Position numbers and translations under genes: made by a program. From NCBI RefSeq assembly GCF_026210795.1, contig NC_089430.1, positions 1,612,001 through 1,676,000 of the forward strand: 64,000 nt of DNA, given 5' to 3'. The notes beneath the pieces were generated by a model, which was not told the DNA's origin, made no database searches, and was given only the letters and a program-made list of their open reading frames with translations. This DNA is from Rhizophagus irregularis. Taxonomy: Eukaryota. This document shows, piece after piece, positions 12,556-25,476 of the stretch. Numbering within the stretch: position 1 is the first letter of the stretch; each line of letters begins with the position of its first letter.

Positions 12556-14964
12556 TAGCGAATAAAGATTTGTTAGGATTAGATCAATTTCAAAAGGAAA
12601 AATATGACTTTAATGAGTAGCAGTTTTATTTAATAACTATAATTAAACTGATAATGTATAATGTATTTGTATTTTAATTCAATGTAGTTTTTATTATAAA
12701 TTGAGAAATAAACATATTACTAAAAAAATCTTTTCATCTTATTTCAGGATATAAATAAATAATACTAGAGATACATCTTATAAACTATTTAGATTTAATG
12801 ACGTTTACTGTGAATAGCATATACTGCGGTAGAATATTTACACAACCCAAAAGATTTTCGGTAACGTGATTTGAAGAATTTTATTGGTCAGATTTTTTTC
12901 GTACTTTATATTCTAAACAAAATATACAATAAATCTTTCTCTTTTCTTTTTATTATTTTCTGTGTCAACGAACAGAATTTTGTGTTCTTAAAAGATCGTG
13001 TATGTTAGATGTTACAAGTCTTGTGCAACCGGATAAAAATTTGTTTCTGTTTTATTTCATTCGAGTGTTGAAAATTAACCCCGATAAAATAAACAAATTC
13101 ATGATCAAGTAATCATGTCAGATACGAAAGATGCCCTTTATAAAGCCTATCTATAACTAATATTTTATAATTGTTAATTTTACAATAATATTACGTTTAT
13201 ATATATTCGGTAGAAGAGCGATAAATGATTGACTTTGACATGACTTTTTATTCGATTCCTTTTTTTGAGATAAATATCAATATAATAACATTTCATCATC
13301 ATGGGTTAGTTGGGTTACCAAATTTCTCAAAACTTTAATATAATGCATATACGTGAGGAGTTCAGGAGTAGTTCAGGTCTAAGAGTAGTCCGTTGTACGC
13401 ATTTCTTCAGCAGGGCTGGAATTAAGATAATGTAAGATAATGTTAGCTAATATCTAGAAAGGTAATAAAATTTTGACCGGTATTATTCATAAGAGGCAAT
13501 TTTCCCCTTTCTAACGCATGGCCATTTTATGTATATTTCAAGGCACGTTACATAACATATGATTACACATTGATTAAATAAATGATAAATCATATATTCC
13601 CTCTCAACGCACTCTAGCGTTGCGGCAGTATTTTAAGTCCACCAAAAATTGAATAAAATCATGGTTTGTGTTATACTAAAATATTATAACCTATTTTGTA
13701 TTAATATATTTGAAATTATTGTACTATTTTAAATTTTTATTTTTATAAATTTTTAAATTTTAACAAAAAAAATATACCTAAGATGGTGGTATGGAAGTGT
13801 GTCTAGATGATTGTCCGTTGTATTCGCTGGAAGTCCCTTGTACTCCTAGGCTGGGGTGGGTTAATATAAATACTGGTCTAGCCACCATAGTAGTACGAGA
13901 TGAGGATGAATGGGGGTATTGGCTGGCCTGGAATTTGGGTCCTTGAGATTTACAGGTTGGGGTAGTATACGGAAGGCCGCGTGGTATAGGTTCGCCTGTT
14001 ATGTGGATGGTCTTAATACCTGCAATCTGACGTGTAGCTAATGGCCTACATCCACGTAATGATGATAAGTACCGGCCCTAATGAAACACTACAAATAAAT
14101 TTTAACAAAAAAAAAAATAAATTAGAGATAAAAAAAGAATAAAATCAGAATATTTGTCACGGATTAAAATATTGGCATTCCCTTCATCTTCGATATAGAT
14201 CTCCGAAATTATCTACACAAGAATGTTTCGATGCTTCTTTTCTTTTTATTTTGTTATTCAATACCTTCTGTTGTCGCCAGAACTGTCACGTGACAGCCGA
14301 CCAAATGAATCGACTTCGTTTTAATCATCTTTTTCCAAATAATTCGTCAATTGATTTCGCTTGGAGACCGTCGTGAGTTCCATCTTTAATTGAATTTTCA
14401 AGCATTTTGTCTTCATTAGGGAAAATATAAGATTAAGTATTATAAATTTTTCCCAAAAGCAGCCTATATTATTTTGCTTCGCTTATTATTCTATCCGTAT
14501 CTTCATCCTTGTAATTTCCTTTAGTTCTTTAATTAATTGTCATGCAAATACGAATTTGAGATAATTTTTTTCATTTTCATAAGTGCCTAGTTACTGTAAA
14601 CCTGCTTTTTGATAGTAAAGTTATCTAAGTGTGGATTTAAGTGAATTTTTGCTCTATTTGATACTTGAATTAATATTTAACTCTAGGTCATATCACGTTG
14701 GGTGTACCATCAACTAATTAGTTTAGTTTTGCCGGTTATGAATTGAATACCGGATATCTTAGATTCATTCAGATATTTTAACTTTATTTTCTGATATTAA
14801 TAAATTACATCTCGGAAAGTAATTTATCTGCGCACACTTTGAAATAGAAGCCATTAAAATTTCCGAAATTTTAAAAATTCAATAAACCATGCATTATTAT
14901 TAGTCTTTATGCAATAGTGAAAGATTAGACAAATACACGAGTACCCAAAGAATAACGTAATACC

Positions 14965-15819
14965 TAGTGCTCCTACCGGGTCGGATTCGGTCGGGTTTGG
15001 AGAATATATCCGACTCGACCCGGCAAAAATAGAAATGATCCGATTTTAACCCGACCCGAGTATATTTAATTCGAATAACCCGGGTTAAACCCGAAATTTT
15101 AGTAATTTTCATTGCTGTATGCTTAGTAATATATCAAAAATATTTTTTCAACCATAATTTCTTCAATAACGCAAGGTAATTGATCTAAAAGATGATCATA
15201 TAGGTCACACAACTTTTTATTATTAAAATTAAAGCTAAGCACGAATTTAAAGATATCTTCAATTTCTGTTTATTTATTGCTTTATATTTGAACTATGAAA
15301 TCGAAATTGTATCACTTGCTTTAACAGAAATTTGACTATATTTTATGACTGCCAGGACTCTAAACACATGCATGCTCTAATTGTATCTGCTTTAAGACTA
15401 CATCTTTTTGCAGCTATCAAATCGGTTCCACCGGCAAATACTCTTTCTACTGGAACGCTGGTTGCTTTATTAATTATCAAAATAAACTTATTAGCTAATG
15501 TAATATTAATAATTAATAATAATTCATACACATATCTGTAATTGCAAGGTGTCTTTAGCAATTTTCGCTATACTACCTCATTCATCTAACAAAATTATAT
15601 AAAATTAATTAATATTAACGCGTAATCAATATGTGATCAGTGATTTTAATGATTATCCGAGTCTAATTCGGGTCAAAACCCGAGTCAAGGAAATGAATAA
15701 CCCGACCCGACGGGTCGGGTCATGCGGGTCACGGGTTATTAAAATTGTTAGTACCGACCCGATTTAAAATTCACTCGGGTTGAATTATCCGGGTTAGACC
15801 CGAATTTTGCGGAGCACTA
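14965..15819 (-). mobile_element. Non-autonomous hAT transposon (855 bp) with transposase C-terminal remnant
   Basis: TIRs TAGTGCTCC/GGAGCACTA. Perfect 8-bp TSD GTAATACC at 14957-14964 and 15820-15827. Subterminal ACCCGA/TCGGGT repeats. The peptide ATSVPVERVFAGGTDLI...TIRACMCLESW matches the hAT dimerisation domain pattern. Confidence 0.95.
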
Positions 15820-16761
15820 GTAATACCTCGCTTTTTGAAAATACTAAAGAAAATCATTTTTTTCTTATTGAGAAGTATCTAAAAAAACTAAAAAGGCTTG
15901 AATTATTTATTTATTTATTTTTTTGAAAAGGGAGGTATCATATGAAAAAAACAACTATTTGGAGCGTTCTCACAGAAATTGGATGAAAACAATAAGTAGA
16001 ATCTAGAGTTATGGACGTGTGAATTTTAACAGGGATTACTATAAATTATAATGATCGTCAAAAAAAATCTCTAATAATAATAAACTTTTATACATAAGTT
16101 TTATGGTACACCCCATGCATAGTAATTCGGGCAGAATTATTTATCGGTTCCACACAAAATATTTTTCTAAAAAAAAATAAAAAATAAAAAAGGAATTCTG
16201 GCCAGCATTATAAAATGACCCGAATTACAATATCCGTAAATATTTTTTAACGAATAACGGATGTGAACTCTGGATTCAATTAATAATATAATATAATTTA
16301 AAAATTCAACTATCAATACAAAAGTATTTTGTTTTTGCTTTAAAAGGATTTTGTAGTCATAGTATACTGTATTTATTGGTAATGTACAATATTACATAAT
16401 TTAATTATTTTTCTTAATCGTTTAATACTACAAATAAAGTTTTTGCATTCGCATCTTAAAGACTTTGATTAAAAAATTAAAAAATTTACCGATTAAATAT
16501 GATTAACTTTGTTTTCAAAGCAATAGTTTCGTTCGTTTATTATTATTCATTTAATAAGTTTCTTTTATTAAGCAAAAGTGATGCGACACTTTATCAATTT
16601 CAACTTAAAATTTCGACATTTTATGACATTTTAGAATCAAAGATCTGTGACTTATTATAAACTTTATTATTTCAGAAGTGGAAGATAAATAATATTAAAA
16701 TGAACAAGTAGAAAAAACACAATATGTTATAATTAACATAATTAACATCTACTAATTTGAA

Positions 16762-17556
16762 TCAATATTCCTGAACTTCTAAGAATTTTTTTCCTGTATT
16801 GTATGGATCATATTTATCATCACTAGCAATGATTTGAATATCATTAGTCCGACCATTTTTGTCAAAATAATAACCAATCTTTTCGTATGGTTTCATTTCT
16901 CTCGATTTCAAAGGATTAGCTTGATTGTCTGGGTTAACTCGGTTGACTCGGTTACGTACGTTGCGGTTGGCATTGGGTAATTTGTGTAATTTGTCAAATT
17001 TGTCGATTGCCTCTTGGATTGTTTTATTGTCTGAATTGACTGAGTCATTTAAGTTGCTTTTATTCGGGTTACCTTCGACTTCGGTTGTATCAGGGGTCAT
17101 GCTTCCTTGGGATGTTTTACTGTCTGTGCTGACTGACTCATCTGAGTCATTTTTGTTTTCATCCGAGTTATCTTTAACTTCGGTTGCATCAGGGACCATG
17201 CTATTATAAGTATTGATGACTTCATAGATACTTGTATCATATTTAAGCATAAAAAGACGTAATGTGCTGGAAGAAATATTAAACAAAGGTTTCAGCCTTT
17301 TCGTAACTTGATGCCTAAGTACATCAACCGCGTCTTTTTTATTAGCCTTAAGCACGATGACATCATATTGTTCAGCTATATAATAGCCATCATCAGGCGG
17401 ATGTTTGGTAATATTAGCTACTAATTTGAGGTTTGTTAATCTTTCATTTTTAGAATGTCTTGCAAGTTCTGAGATATCACTCTGATAGTATCTCGTGGGA
17501 AGAAAGATACAGTTGAAAGTGAGAATATCCTCATCATCAGCTGTCATATTTTGCAT
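16762..17556 (-). CDS. 264-aa protein resembling a Crinkler N-terminal (ubiquitin-like) domain with low-complexity insert
   Basis: Ordered pattern LTFNCIF...VDVLRHQV...LRLF...MKPYEKIGYYF...IQIIA parallels the CRN N-terminal consensus (L.C...V..LK..I...L.LW...I..YF...IHIIV). Confidence 0.55.
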   Translation of the reverse strand: MQNMTADDEDILTFNCIFLPTRYYQSDISELARHSKNERLTNLKLVANITKHPPDDGYYIAEQYDVIVLKANKKDAVDVLRHQVTKRLKPLFNISSSTLRLFMLKYDTSIYEVINTYNSMVPDATEVKDNSDENKNDSDESVSTDSKTSQGSMTPDTTEVEGNPNKSNLNDSVNSDNKTIQEAIDKFDKLHKLPNANRNVRNRVNRVNPDNQANPLKSREMKPYEKIGYYFDKNGRTNDIQIIASDDKYDPYNTGKKFLEVQEY

Positions 17557-18605
17557 TTTCTAGGAAATACTGTATGTTTTTATATATGAAGACTTACGAT
17601 TTATAGTGTACAGTATGTACTCTAAAGTAAATGATATCGCTGGGTCAATTTTTTCGTCCTATTTTTATACAAAAAAATTCTAATATTATTAATTATCGCA
17701 ATGATTAACTTTTTAAGGGTTGTTACAAAGAATTAAAAATTTTTTGGTTTATTCTTTCTTTAACGGGACATTTGAAAGTGTTATTGAACTTAATGAATGA
17801 CGAAATAGTTGCTTAACTTAATAGAAAAATTTCCATAATTTGTTTCATGGAAAAAAATGATTAAGATCGATTCCATTCTATTTTTTTTTAAGGAAAAATC
17901 GGAAAAGACTTACGAATCGAAAAAATTTAATTCATAAAGAGATAATCAGTATGTAAGATCAGACTTCAGACAATCAACTGCGCTTAATAATTTAAATGGT
18001 TATTTAAGCCTAATGAAAAAATTTTCATATTTTGTTTTCGTAAAAAAAGTGTATGATTAAACCAATTTGATTTAATTTGTTCTATAATCGATATATCGTT
18101 ATCGTGGAATACAAATATACTATATAAATTCATATCATTATAAATATCATATACAGGGGTTATACTTTTTCCTTTTTAATTTGGTTACTGTAGCTTGAGA
18201 AATACTGTTTAAATGATAAACCAAATCGATTATAATTCATATGCATCTTATGCATATGGTATTATAAAGAATCCAAATAAGTACAATTTTACAAAGGAAT
18301 AATTGGACTTCGTACTTGTGTGACTTATTGACATAAATTTAAGCAACCATACGATTCCCTTCAAATTTTAATGAACAACTATGATAGGAAATATCTATAA
18401 TATCTATGCATACAAAAATCTCCGGAATTTATTCCCTTTGTAACAAAAAAAAAATAAAAACAGCCTTACCGCCTTTTTTGGAATTATTGATTATGTAATG
18501 TAACAAAAATAAAAATAAAAATAAAAACAAACTTTTTCGGAGTGTAAATTGCGAAATATCATTTGAAATTTATGGTTGTCCAAGTAATATTTTTTGGGGA
18601 GTACC

Positions 18606-18757
18606 AGGACCCGAGCTATACATAGAAAGGTCAGGTCCTGTAGATCGCTTCCATTTGTGATAATGCCCCGACCAGCATTACATAGTGCCGGCCCTGAAGA
18701 AATGCGTAGAGCTAATAGTAAATGTGTACCGATCTCCCCTGACCTATTTATAGTCCT
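18606..18757. mobile_element. Small GC-rich element, copy 1 (152 bp)
   Basis: Termini AGGAC...GTCCT flanked by an exact 8-bp direct repeat GGAGTACC (18598-18605, 18758-18765). Homologous to 30536-30729. Confidence 0.8.
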
Positions 18758-19249
18758 GGAGTACCGTGAAAAATCGATCATCGCGGATTCGGTCTAATGT
18801 TATTTTCCTAAATTACTTGAACTCTATTTACGTGAATGCATTTATTCATTAACCTTCGATAGCAGTTCAATAATGAAATATTAATGTACGCATTTTCTTA
18901 ATATTATGTCTGATTATTATTGCACATTATTACGTACTTATTATCTTTAAAAAAAAAATTTCCAGCAAATTCTCTTGACTTTACGCCTCATTATCTCAAG
19001 CGTCAGCATCTAGAATAATCCAAGAGCATTTAATGGGACAACTTGTTACGTAACACATATTGATAATCATAGGCCCTCAGAAACTCAAGATATGCGGAAG
19101 GATGACGTGATTGCTCTTTTTACGTAGATAGATGAAGACTACAATGGGCTTGATAAAAAAACCAGTTTGAAAATTTATCACTGCTGAAAAAAAAAATATT
19201 TATTGATTTTAAATGACTTTAAATTACAATTAATATGTCTCATCAAAAA

Positions 19250-20700
19250 TATTCAAACTATTTCTGAAAAGACGCATCATCAGTTCAACTTGTTGGATTT
19301 TACAGCGCAATAAAGTTTTTGTAAGTTTTTTAATTTTTTTTTCTTTAATAATGTGCATATGTGAGACTATTAAGATGCTTTACTTGTTATATACGGTAAT
19401 GCAGATACTTCCCGTGATTCTACAATAGCTCCGACCGATAAGTTCATAGGAAACGAATAGTATGAATACTCTTTTGTTATTAAATGGTATAGATGGTTGT
19501 TCAGATCTGGAAAGAAAATTATGCGTGACATTTCTACATTGGTAATTGTTTTATTATTTATCATAAACAATCTATGACCTCTATTTTAGATGTCCGATCA
19601 TCATCAAATATGTTTAATGAGCGAACGTGATCTTGAAAGTATAGATCAGAAGGAAAGCACTTGAAGGTGTGTATTATAAATTCTGTGTCTATTCTCATAT
19701 TTGGAAGCAAACGTGTTGTTTTCTAATTCAAGTATTGATAATGAATTTGTACCTTAACAAAGTAGAATGAGGTGTCTACCTACTTTTGATGTACTGTATA
19801 TGAAGCGATGAGAGTGTAAATAAAAACTATTCTTAGATGATATGTCAAACATTCGTGGGTTTTTTTAATTTGAAGCAATATCGTCTAAGGGTATATATAT
19901 ATATATATAACGATGATTATATAATCAATTACGTATGTTGGATTCCAGTATGATTGATTATTTTAAATAAGGTATACATCTCATTCTTTCAGAAATTTGT
20001 TCGTTTATGCACATAAATAATATGATTTTTGATGTTCGAATGCTGATCTATGGCAAGTTTAGCCTTTTTAAAGCCAATTTCGTTTATGGCTTAGCAAGTA
20101 TTTAGAAATCTCTGTAGGAAGAACCTGTTCAATACTAATACTAATTCGCTGTTATGCCAGGACATTTTTTTCAATGTTCAACGTTTTAAGATACACAAAT
20201 TATTTTGATGATGAACCGGATATATTCAAGTAATTATCCATCAAATCTTCCAAGTTGTCAATATTTATTTCTCATCACTCATTTTCTTTGTATTTAAATG
20301 ATTTTCAGGCTTGATTTGTACCGTTATTAAATTTGCTGAGAAGTTTGTTATTGAATTATCTAGATTAGGTATGATTCTAAGTGTTAACGACCAAGCTAGC
20401 AACTCTGATCACAATGCGCGCAAGATAACATGATTTTTTGGTGGTTATGGAATTAAATTGCATTGTAAGTCGTAATTATTTAATTAATCAAGATTCAAGA
20501 ATGTACAGTACACTACCTGTTTTCGTGTTTGAATTAAAGAGGGATGTGATGATGAAAATTTGATTTCTATATTTTTAGTGATTTCAATAAGCTAGAGCTT
20601 GAACTCGTATTCGTGAAACTCGAGGTGATGAGTTCCCAAATTCTAGGATTTGGAAAGAAAATTAGAATATATAAAAGGTAAGGACAGTCTTAATCATTAT
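19250..20700 (-). pseudogene. Possible decayed coding sequence of unknown family
   Basis: Less AT-extreme, protein-like fragments such as ORF 19370-19570, interrupted by stops. No motif securely recognised. Confidence 0.25.
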
Positions 20701-23024
20701 TTTGTCAGATCAAAGGCTCTGAGTGTGTTTAACTTCTATCTTTATGACCTTAATCAAAGGAGAATGAAAATTTTCTTATGAATGTGCTGACGATCACAGT
20801 ATACTATTGTGCTCAAGAAGTTTTTCATACTCAAACTGACCTAAAATTATTACGTGATCATCGATCAAAAATTTCAATCACGTTTAATTAGTCTCGTATA
20901 ATGAGGTTGAATCACATTCTTGCCAAATCGATTAGCTGATGATGATTCAAGCTTTTAACAATCAAAGTATTTATCGACATTTTGATTATTAGAGTAGACG
21001 CTTCTTGATGCTTTTTTCTAAAGGAGGGTGGGTTTGCGAGAGGTGGTTTATTTGAATGAATATTTAACTCTAAGCCATGTCACGTAGCCAAATTCTTTAA
21101 AGCCGTCATTATATCATTTTTAATCATATTTTAGGTATATCATATATTAGTAGGTCTCACGAGTCACGACGTCGGACAAAAATTTTCGGAAACATATGGC
21201 TGATCGTTGTATCGTTTCATTTTTATGTCTAAGCATTAATTTATTTGTTAATCTTTCTATCTTTTCATCTTTCTACGATGTTGGTAGGCATATTCTTTGT
21301 TCATTTGCTGCGCCTCCCGCAGTAAGTCTCGTAATTCGCCTTTTTGGTCTGCTGAGAAGGCTATTTCTTCATACATGGAATGTGCTGTTTCTTCACCAAC
21401 CTTAATAGCAACTCTACATCTTCAGAGCTAAAATAAGATAAATGGCTTATTGAAAAAAATTGAAAATTTTGTCTAAATTATTCACAGTAAGTTTCTAAGC
21501 ATTTTCCAATAAAGTCCGCACGCACTTTTTTCATAATATAAGTTCGCAAACTGAATTTTGTCTAAATTTAAATTCAATTCGAAACTTTCCAGCTTATTTT
21601 GTTGATAAAATATATATCTAAAAATTTTTAAAAATTTTTTGATCAAATTACTATTTGGACAAAAGCGTTGGGCGCCCTAATTTTGATTAATTTGCTCAAA
21701 AACGTACATAATAATAATAATTAAAATTTCAATATGTGATAAAGTAAACTCTAAGAAATACATATGTATAATTTTACGTTACTAATCTTCATATAACTAC
21801 AAAAATTAGTAGTAAAAAAAAAACATTTGTATTATAGCTATCTAAAATTAAACAAGCAGATGGCATTGTTATTTTTTTTTTTAAGATACGAAAATTTATA
21901 TTAATTATTTATTAAGCAATAAGTTTTAAATGGTAAAAGAATTTACAATCATTCGTACAATTTTAAAATAGTGTAAATTTTTTACAATTTAGTTTTTCCT
22001 TTTTTTTACAATTATTTTACACAGTCGACATAGTAATACAGTATGTAAGCCAGCAATATGAAAATCAATACTTATACTTACTGGATTTGATTGATTAAAT
22101 TTCAGGTATTAATATTATGTACAATTTCCGATTACTTTTGTCCAAGTAGTGTATCACACGCTAACAAAAAAAATCTATTTTTAAAACAATTTCATTAATA
22201 AACAAACAAACAATAACGAAAAAAATAAATGAATAAACAAATAAATTCATAAATGGTTATGTGCCAAAAATTCCTATCATTTCTACTTGATTAAATGTCA
22301 AATTTGTCTCTAATATTAACTATATATAAAATGTGCTTAACAAAAAATGATACATGATCAGCACAATAATGATTATAATTATTATTCTGGGCTAGAAAAT
22401 AGCATAATACAGTATAGGCGGTGCGGTGCTGTGCCATAATAAGTATCACAAATGGAATGTTCCCGATTGACATCTATTTTTATCTACAAATAAGAATAAA
22501 GGAATCCAAAAAAATTTTTCCAAACAATGCTATAATTGGTAGTAGATACTATACTATTTCAAACTACTGATTTAAAGAAATTATTAATGAAATGAACAGA
22601 ATATAATGTTTATGTATGATATTGTAGAATTATTAAGATGTTTTAATAATAGTTTGCTTATCAAACCATAATTATTTATTATGTTGAAAATTACACAAAG
22701 TTAATAATTAAGCGAAAAAAAAAATGTAATTTAAAAAAGCTGAATTTAATTTACATTGGATAATTCTGTCTAGAATATATCAACTAGAGACACTCTTAGA
22801 ATTCATATCTTACAATCTTAGAAATTTTACTTAGGTATATAACTTATATCTAAATTTCGCAAACATTTAATAATTTGATTGTTGTTTATTATAGAGCTAA
22901 TTAAATTTTAAAATTATTGTATTCATCAATATTATATAGGTATTAAGGCGCTAAGCATACTTAAATACCGAAGTATATATTTACATGAATATTTATTAAA
23001 TATCTAATTGTTCAAAAGCATATC

Positions 23025-24275
23025 CTAATTTACGAAATCAAACATTTTTGAACCAATAACATCATCTGTATCGTTTACTTCATCTTTATTTTTCTCCTCG
23101 TAAATCGGTTGACTCGCAACTGACATTAGTGAAACATCCTCAATGATAAATTGATTATCATACGTAAGATGTAATGGAGAAATTTCTTCAATTTTATTTT
23201 TCCTCTCGTAAATCGGTTGATTCACAAATGATGGAATCACACCATTTAAAAAATGATCTTCCTCTATTGGATTATTCATTGTTGCTTGATTCATTGGCAT
23301 TAGTGGAACATCTTCAATGATAAATTGATTATCATACGTAGATTCGAGTAATCCTAAATTTAATAATGGAAACTCATTTTTCTCGTCAATCGGTTGACTT
23401 GCAAATGAAGGAATGACACTATTTAAATAATGATCTTCCATTAAATTATTCATTTCTACCTGATTCATTGACATTAGCGAGACATTTTCAATGATAAATT
23501 GATTATCATAAGTATATTCGAGTGATTCGTCAATCGGTTGACTCGCAACTGAAGGAATCATATTATTTAAACAATGAACTTCCTCCGTCAAAGTATTCAT
23601 TCTTGTTTGGTTCATTGACATCAGTGAAACATCAATGACATTATCATACGTATATTCGAATTCAACGTTGGATAAATTTAATAATGAAAAAGTGTCTTCA
23701 TTCTCATTTTTCTCTTCGTCAATCGGTTGACTCGCAACAGAAGGAATCACACTATTTAAATAATGATCTTCCATTAAATTATTCATTTCTACCTGATTCG
23801 ATGACATTAATGAAGCATCTTTAATGATAAATTGATTATCATACGTAGATAGAAAATTTTCTTCATTCTTGTTTTTGATCGGTTGACTCGCAGCTGAAGG
23901 AATCATACTATTTAAACAATGATCTTCCTCCGTTGAATTATTCTTTCTTGCTTGATTCATTGACATTAATGAAACATCTTCAATAATAAATTGATTATCA
24001 TACGTAGATTCAAGCAATTTTACATTGGATAAATTTAATAGTCCTTCTATCTTCTTTAGATTAGATGAATGATACCATGGATATTTTTGTTCGGCTGACA
24101 TTGATTTCCATGCAACACTAGCCAACTTTGCGGCATCCGTACGTTTGATTTTTTGATTTTCTTTTCGAAGCTGCTTGTAAAAATAATTTGAATACGATAT
24201 CCAAGGATTTTGAATTCTCGGAGATTTGTTAGATAACATTTTTTTGATAGACTTTTGTGATTTACGGCGCGGCAT
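23025..24275 (-). CDS. MATA-type HMG-box transcription factor with six acidic repeats (416 aa from first ATG)
   Basis: PRIQNPWISY...AAKLASVAWKSMSAEQKYPW is an HMG-box pattern. First ATG at 24275 (the ORF track uses an upstream TTG). Confidence 0.88.
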   Translation of the reverse strand: MPRRKSQKSIKKMLSNKSPRIQNPWISYSNYFYKQLRKENQKIKRTDAAKLASVAWKSMSAEQKYPWYHSSNLKKIEGLLNLSNVKLLESTYDNQFIIEDVSLMSMNQARKNNSTEEDHCLNSMIPSAASQPIKNKNEENFLSTYDNQFIIKDASLMSSNQVEMNNLMEDHYLNSVIPSVASQPIDEEKNENEDTFSLLNLSNVEFEYTYDNVIDVSLMSMNQTRMNTLTEEVHCLNNMIPSVASQPIDESLEYTYDNQFIIENVSLMSMNQVEMNNLMEDHYLNSVIPSFASQPIDEKNEFPLLNLGLLESTYDNQFIIEDVPLMPMNQATMNNPIEEDHFLNGVIPSFVNQPIYERKNKIEEISPLHLTYDNQFIIEDVSLMSVASQPIYEEKNKDEVNDTDDVIGSKMFDFVN

Positions 24276-25476
24276 TATTTTCAAGGTTTAAGAAAAGTTC
24301 AATACTGAAATATTATGATTATTTAATTGATATTAGGACTTTTTTTTTTGTAAAACCAAGAACTAAACATCTCTATATATATTTGTGTGGGTTCAATTAA
24401 TAATAAAAAGGATTACGACTTAGATGCAAACTCACTTCTAAAGAGAACATAAGATGAAAGGTGGATTTTTCTTTTTTAACATAACACATTTTTTTTTTCG
24501 AAAACAAAAATCGGAATTAAGCCGTCCGTATGAACGTTAAAACAAGTTAATGACATCAAAGCACGTAATTTACGATTCCTTACGAAATACACGGAATTCT
24601 TTCTACGTTAACAAACAAGATTAGATAAAAAGAGATAATTAACAAGCTAGATTTTAATACAACAATGCCTTATATATAAAAGAAAATAATTTAAAAAGAA
24701 ATAAAATCCTAAAATGTGAAATAAACAAATTAAATACATTTTTTTTTTCTTTGTCTGGTTCCATAATCTCCACACAAAATTAAGAGAATATATATCGACG
24801 AAATTAACCGTCAGTGCAATATCTAAAAAAGATAAACAAACAATAATCGAAATTCCTGATCGGCACGAGGCGAAGTTTAAATTTAATGTGGCTTAGATTT
24901 ACCATTCTTGTCGTGGCTTTTCATAATTCACGTGTGTAATTAGTTGATCACAATTTAAACTACACATTGTTCATTATTTCCATAACTTTGATAATGGTTT
25001 CACCAACTTGAACAAAATATTCTGGTATAAAAAAAAATTAAGGAAACTTTAAGTACGCCTCAATTCAATTTCCTTTATTCGCTAGTAAATAATTTGAACC
25101 TTTCCAAATTTGTTAACATTAAGCATAACCAAATTTGGTCGGAATCCGGAGATAATTTGTTAAATTATTAAAACGTAAAAGAGGAAGGAGCCACTTTTAG
25201 TAAACTGAAAGTTGATAAAAAATTTTCATGGATAAATTTCTTTGATTAAAAAATTTAATTCTAGGATATGATTCTTTTTGAACAAAATTTCTTTTTAGTT
25301 TTCTATTTTTATATTACAAAAATGATTTTATTAATTCCAGCATTGTTTGTTTCACTTCTTCTTTCGAAATTTTACTTATGGAATATAATGAGCGTTTTAC
25401 TGCTCTTAACTGTATATAAGAAGATGCTTGAAAGTTCATTCTCTTAGCATCCTTTTATTTACTTTTTTATTCAAAT

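Noticed and set aside
18640..18730. Hammerhead ribozyme or TPP riboswitch (CTGAAGA, CTGAGAAAT, GATAATGCC motifs)
   Set aside because: CUGANGA is not preserved in copy 2, no stem II-GAAA arrangement was found, and the TPP-like motifs are in the wrong order.
21150..21680. Possible hAT MITE ending in GCGCCCTA
   Set aside because: No matching left TIR or TSD could be identified.
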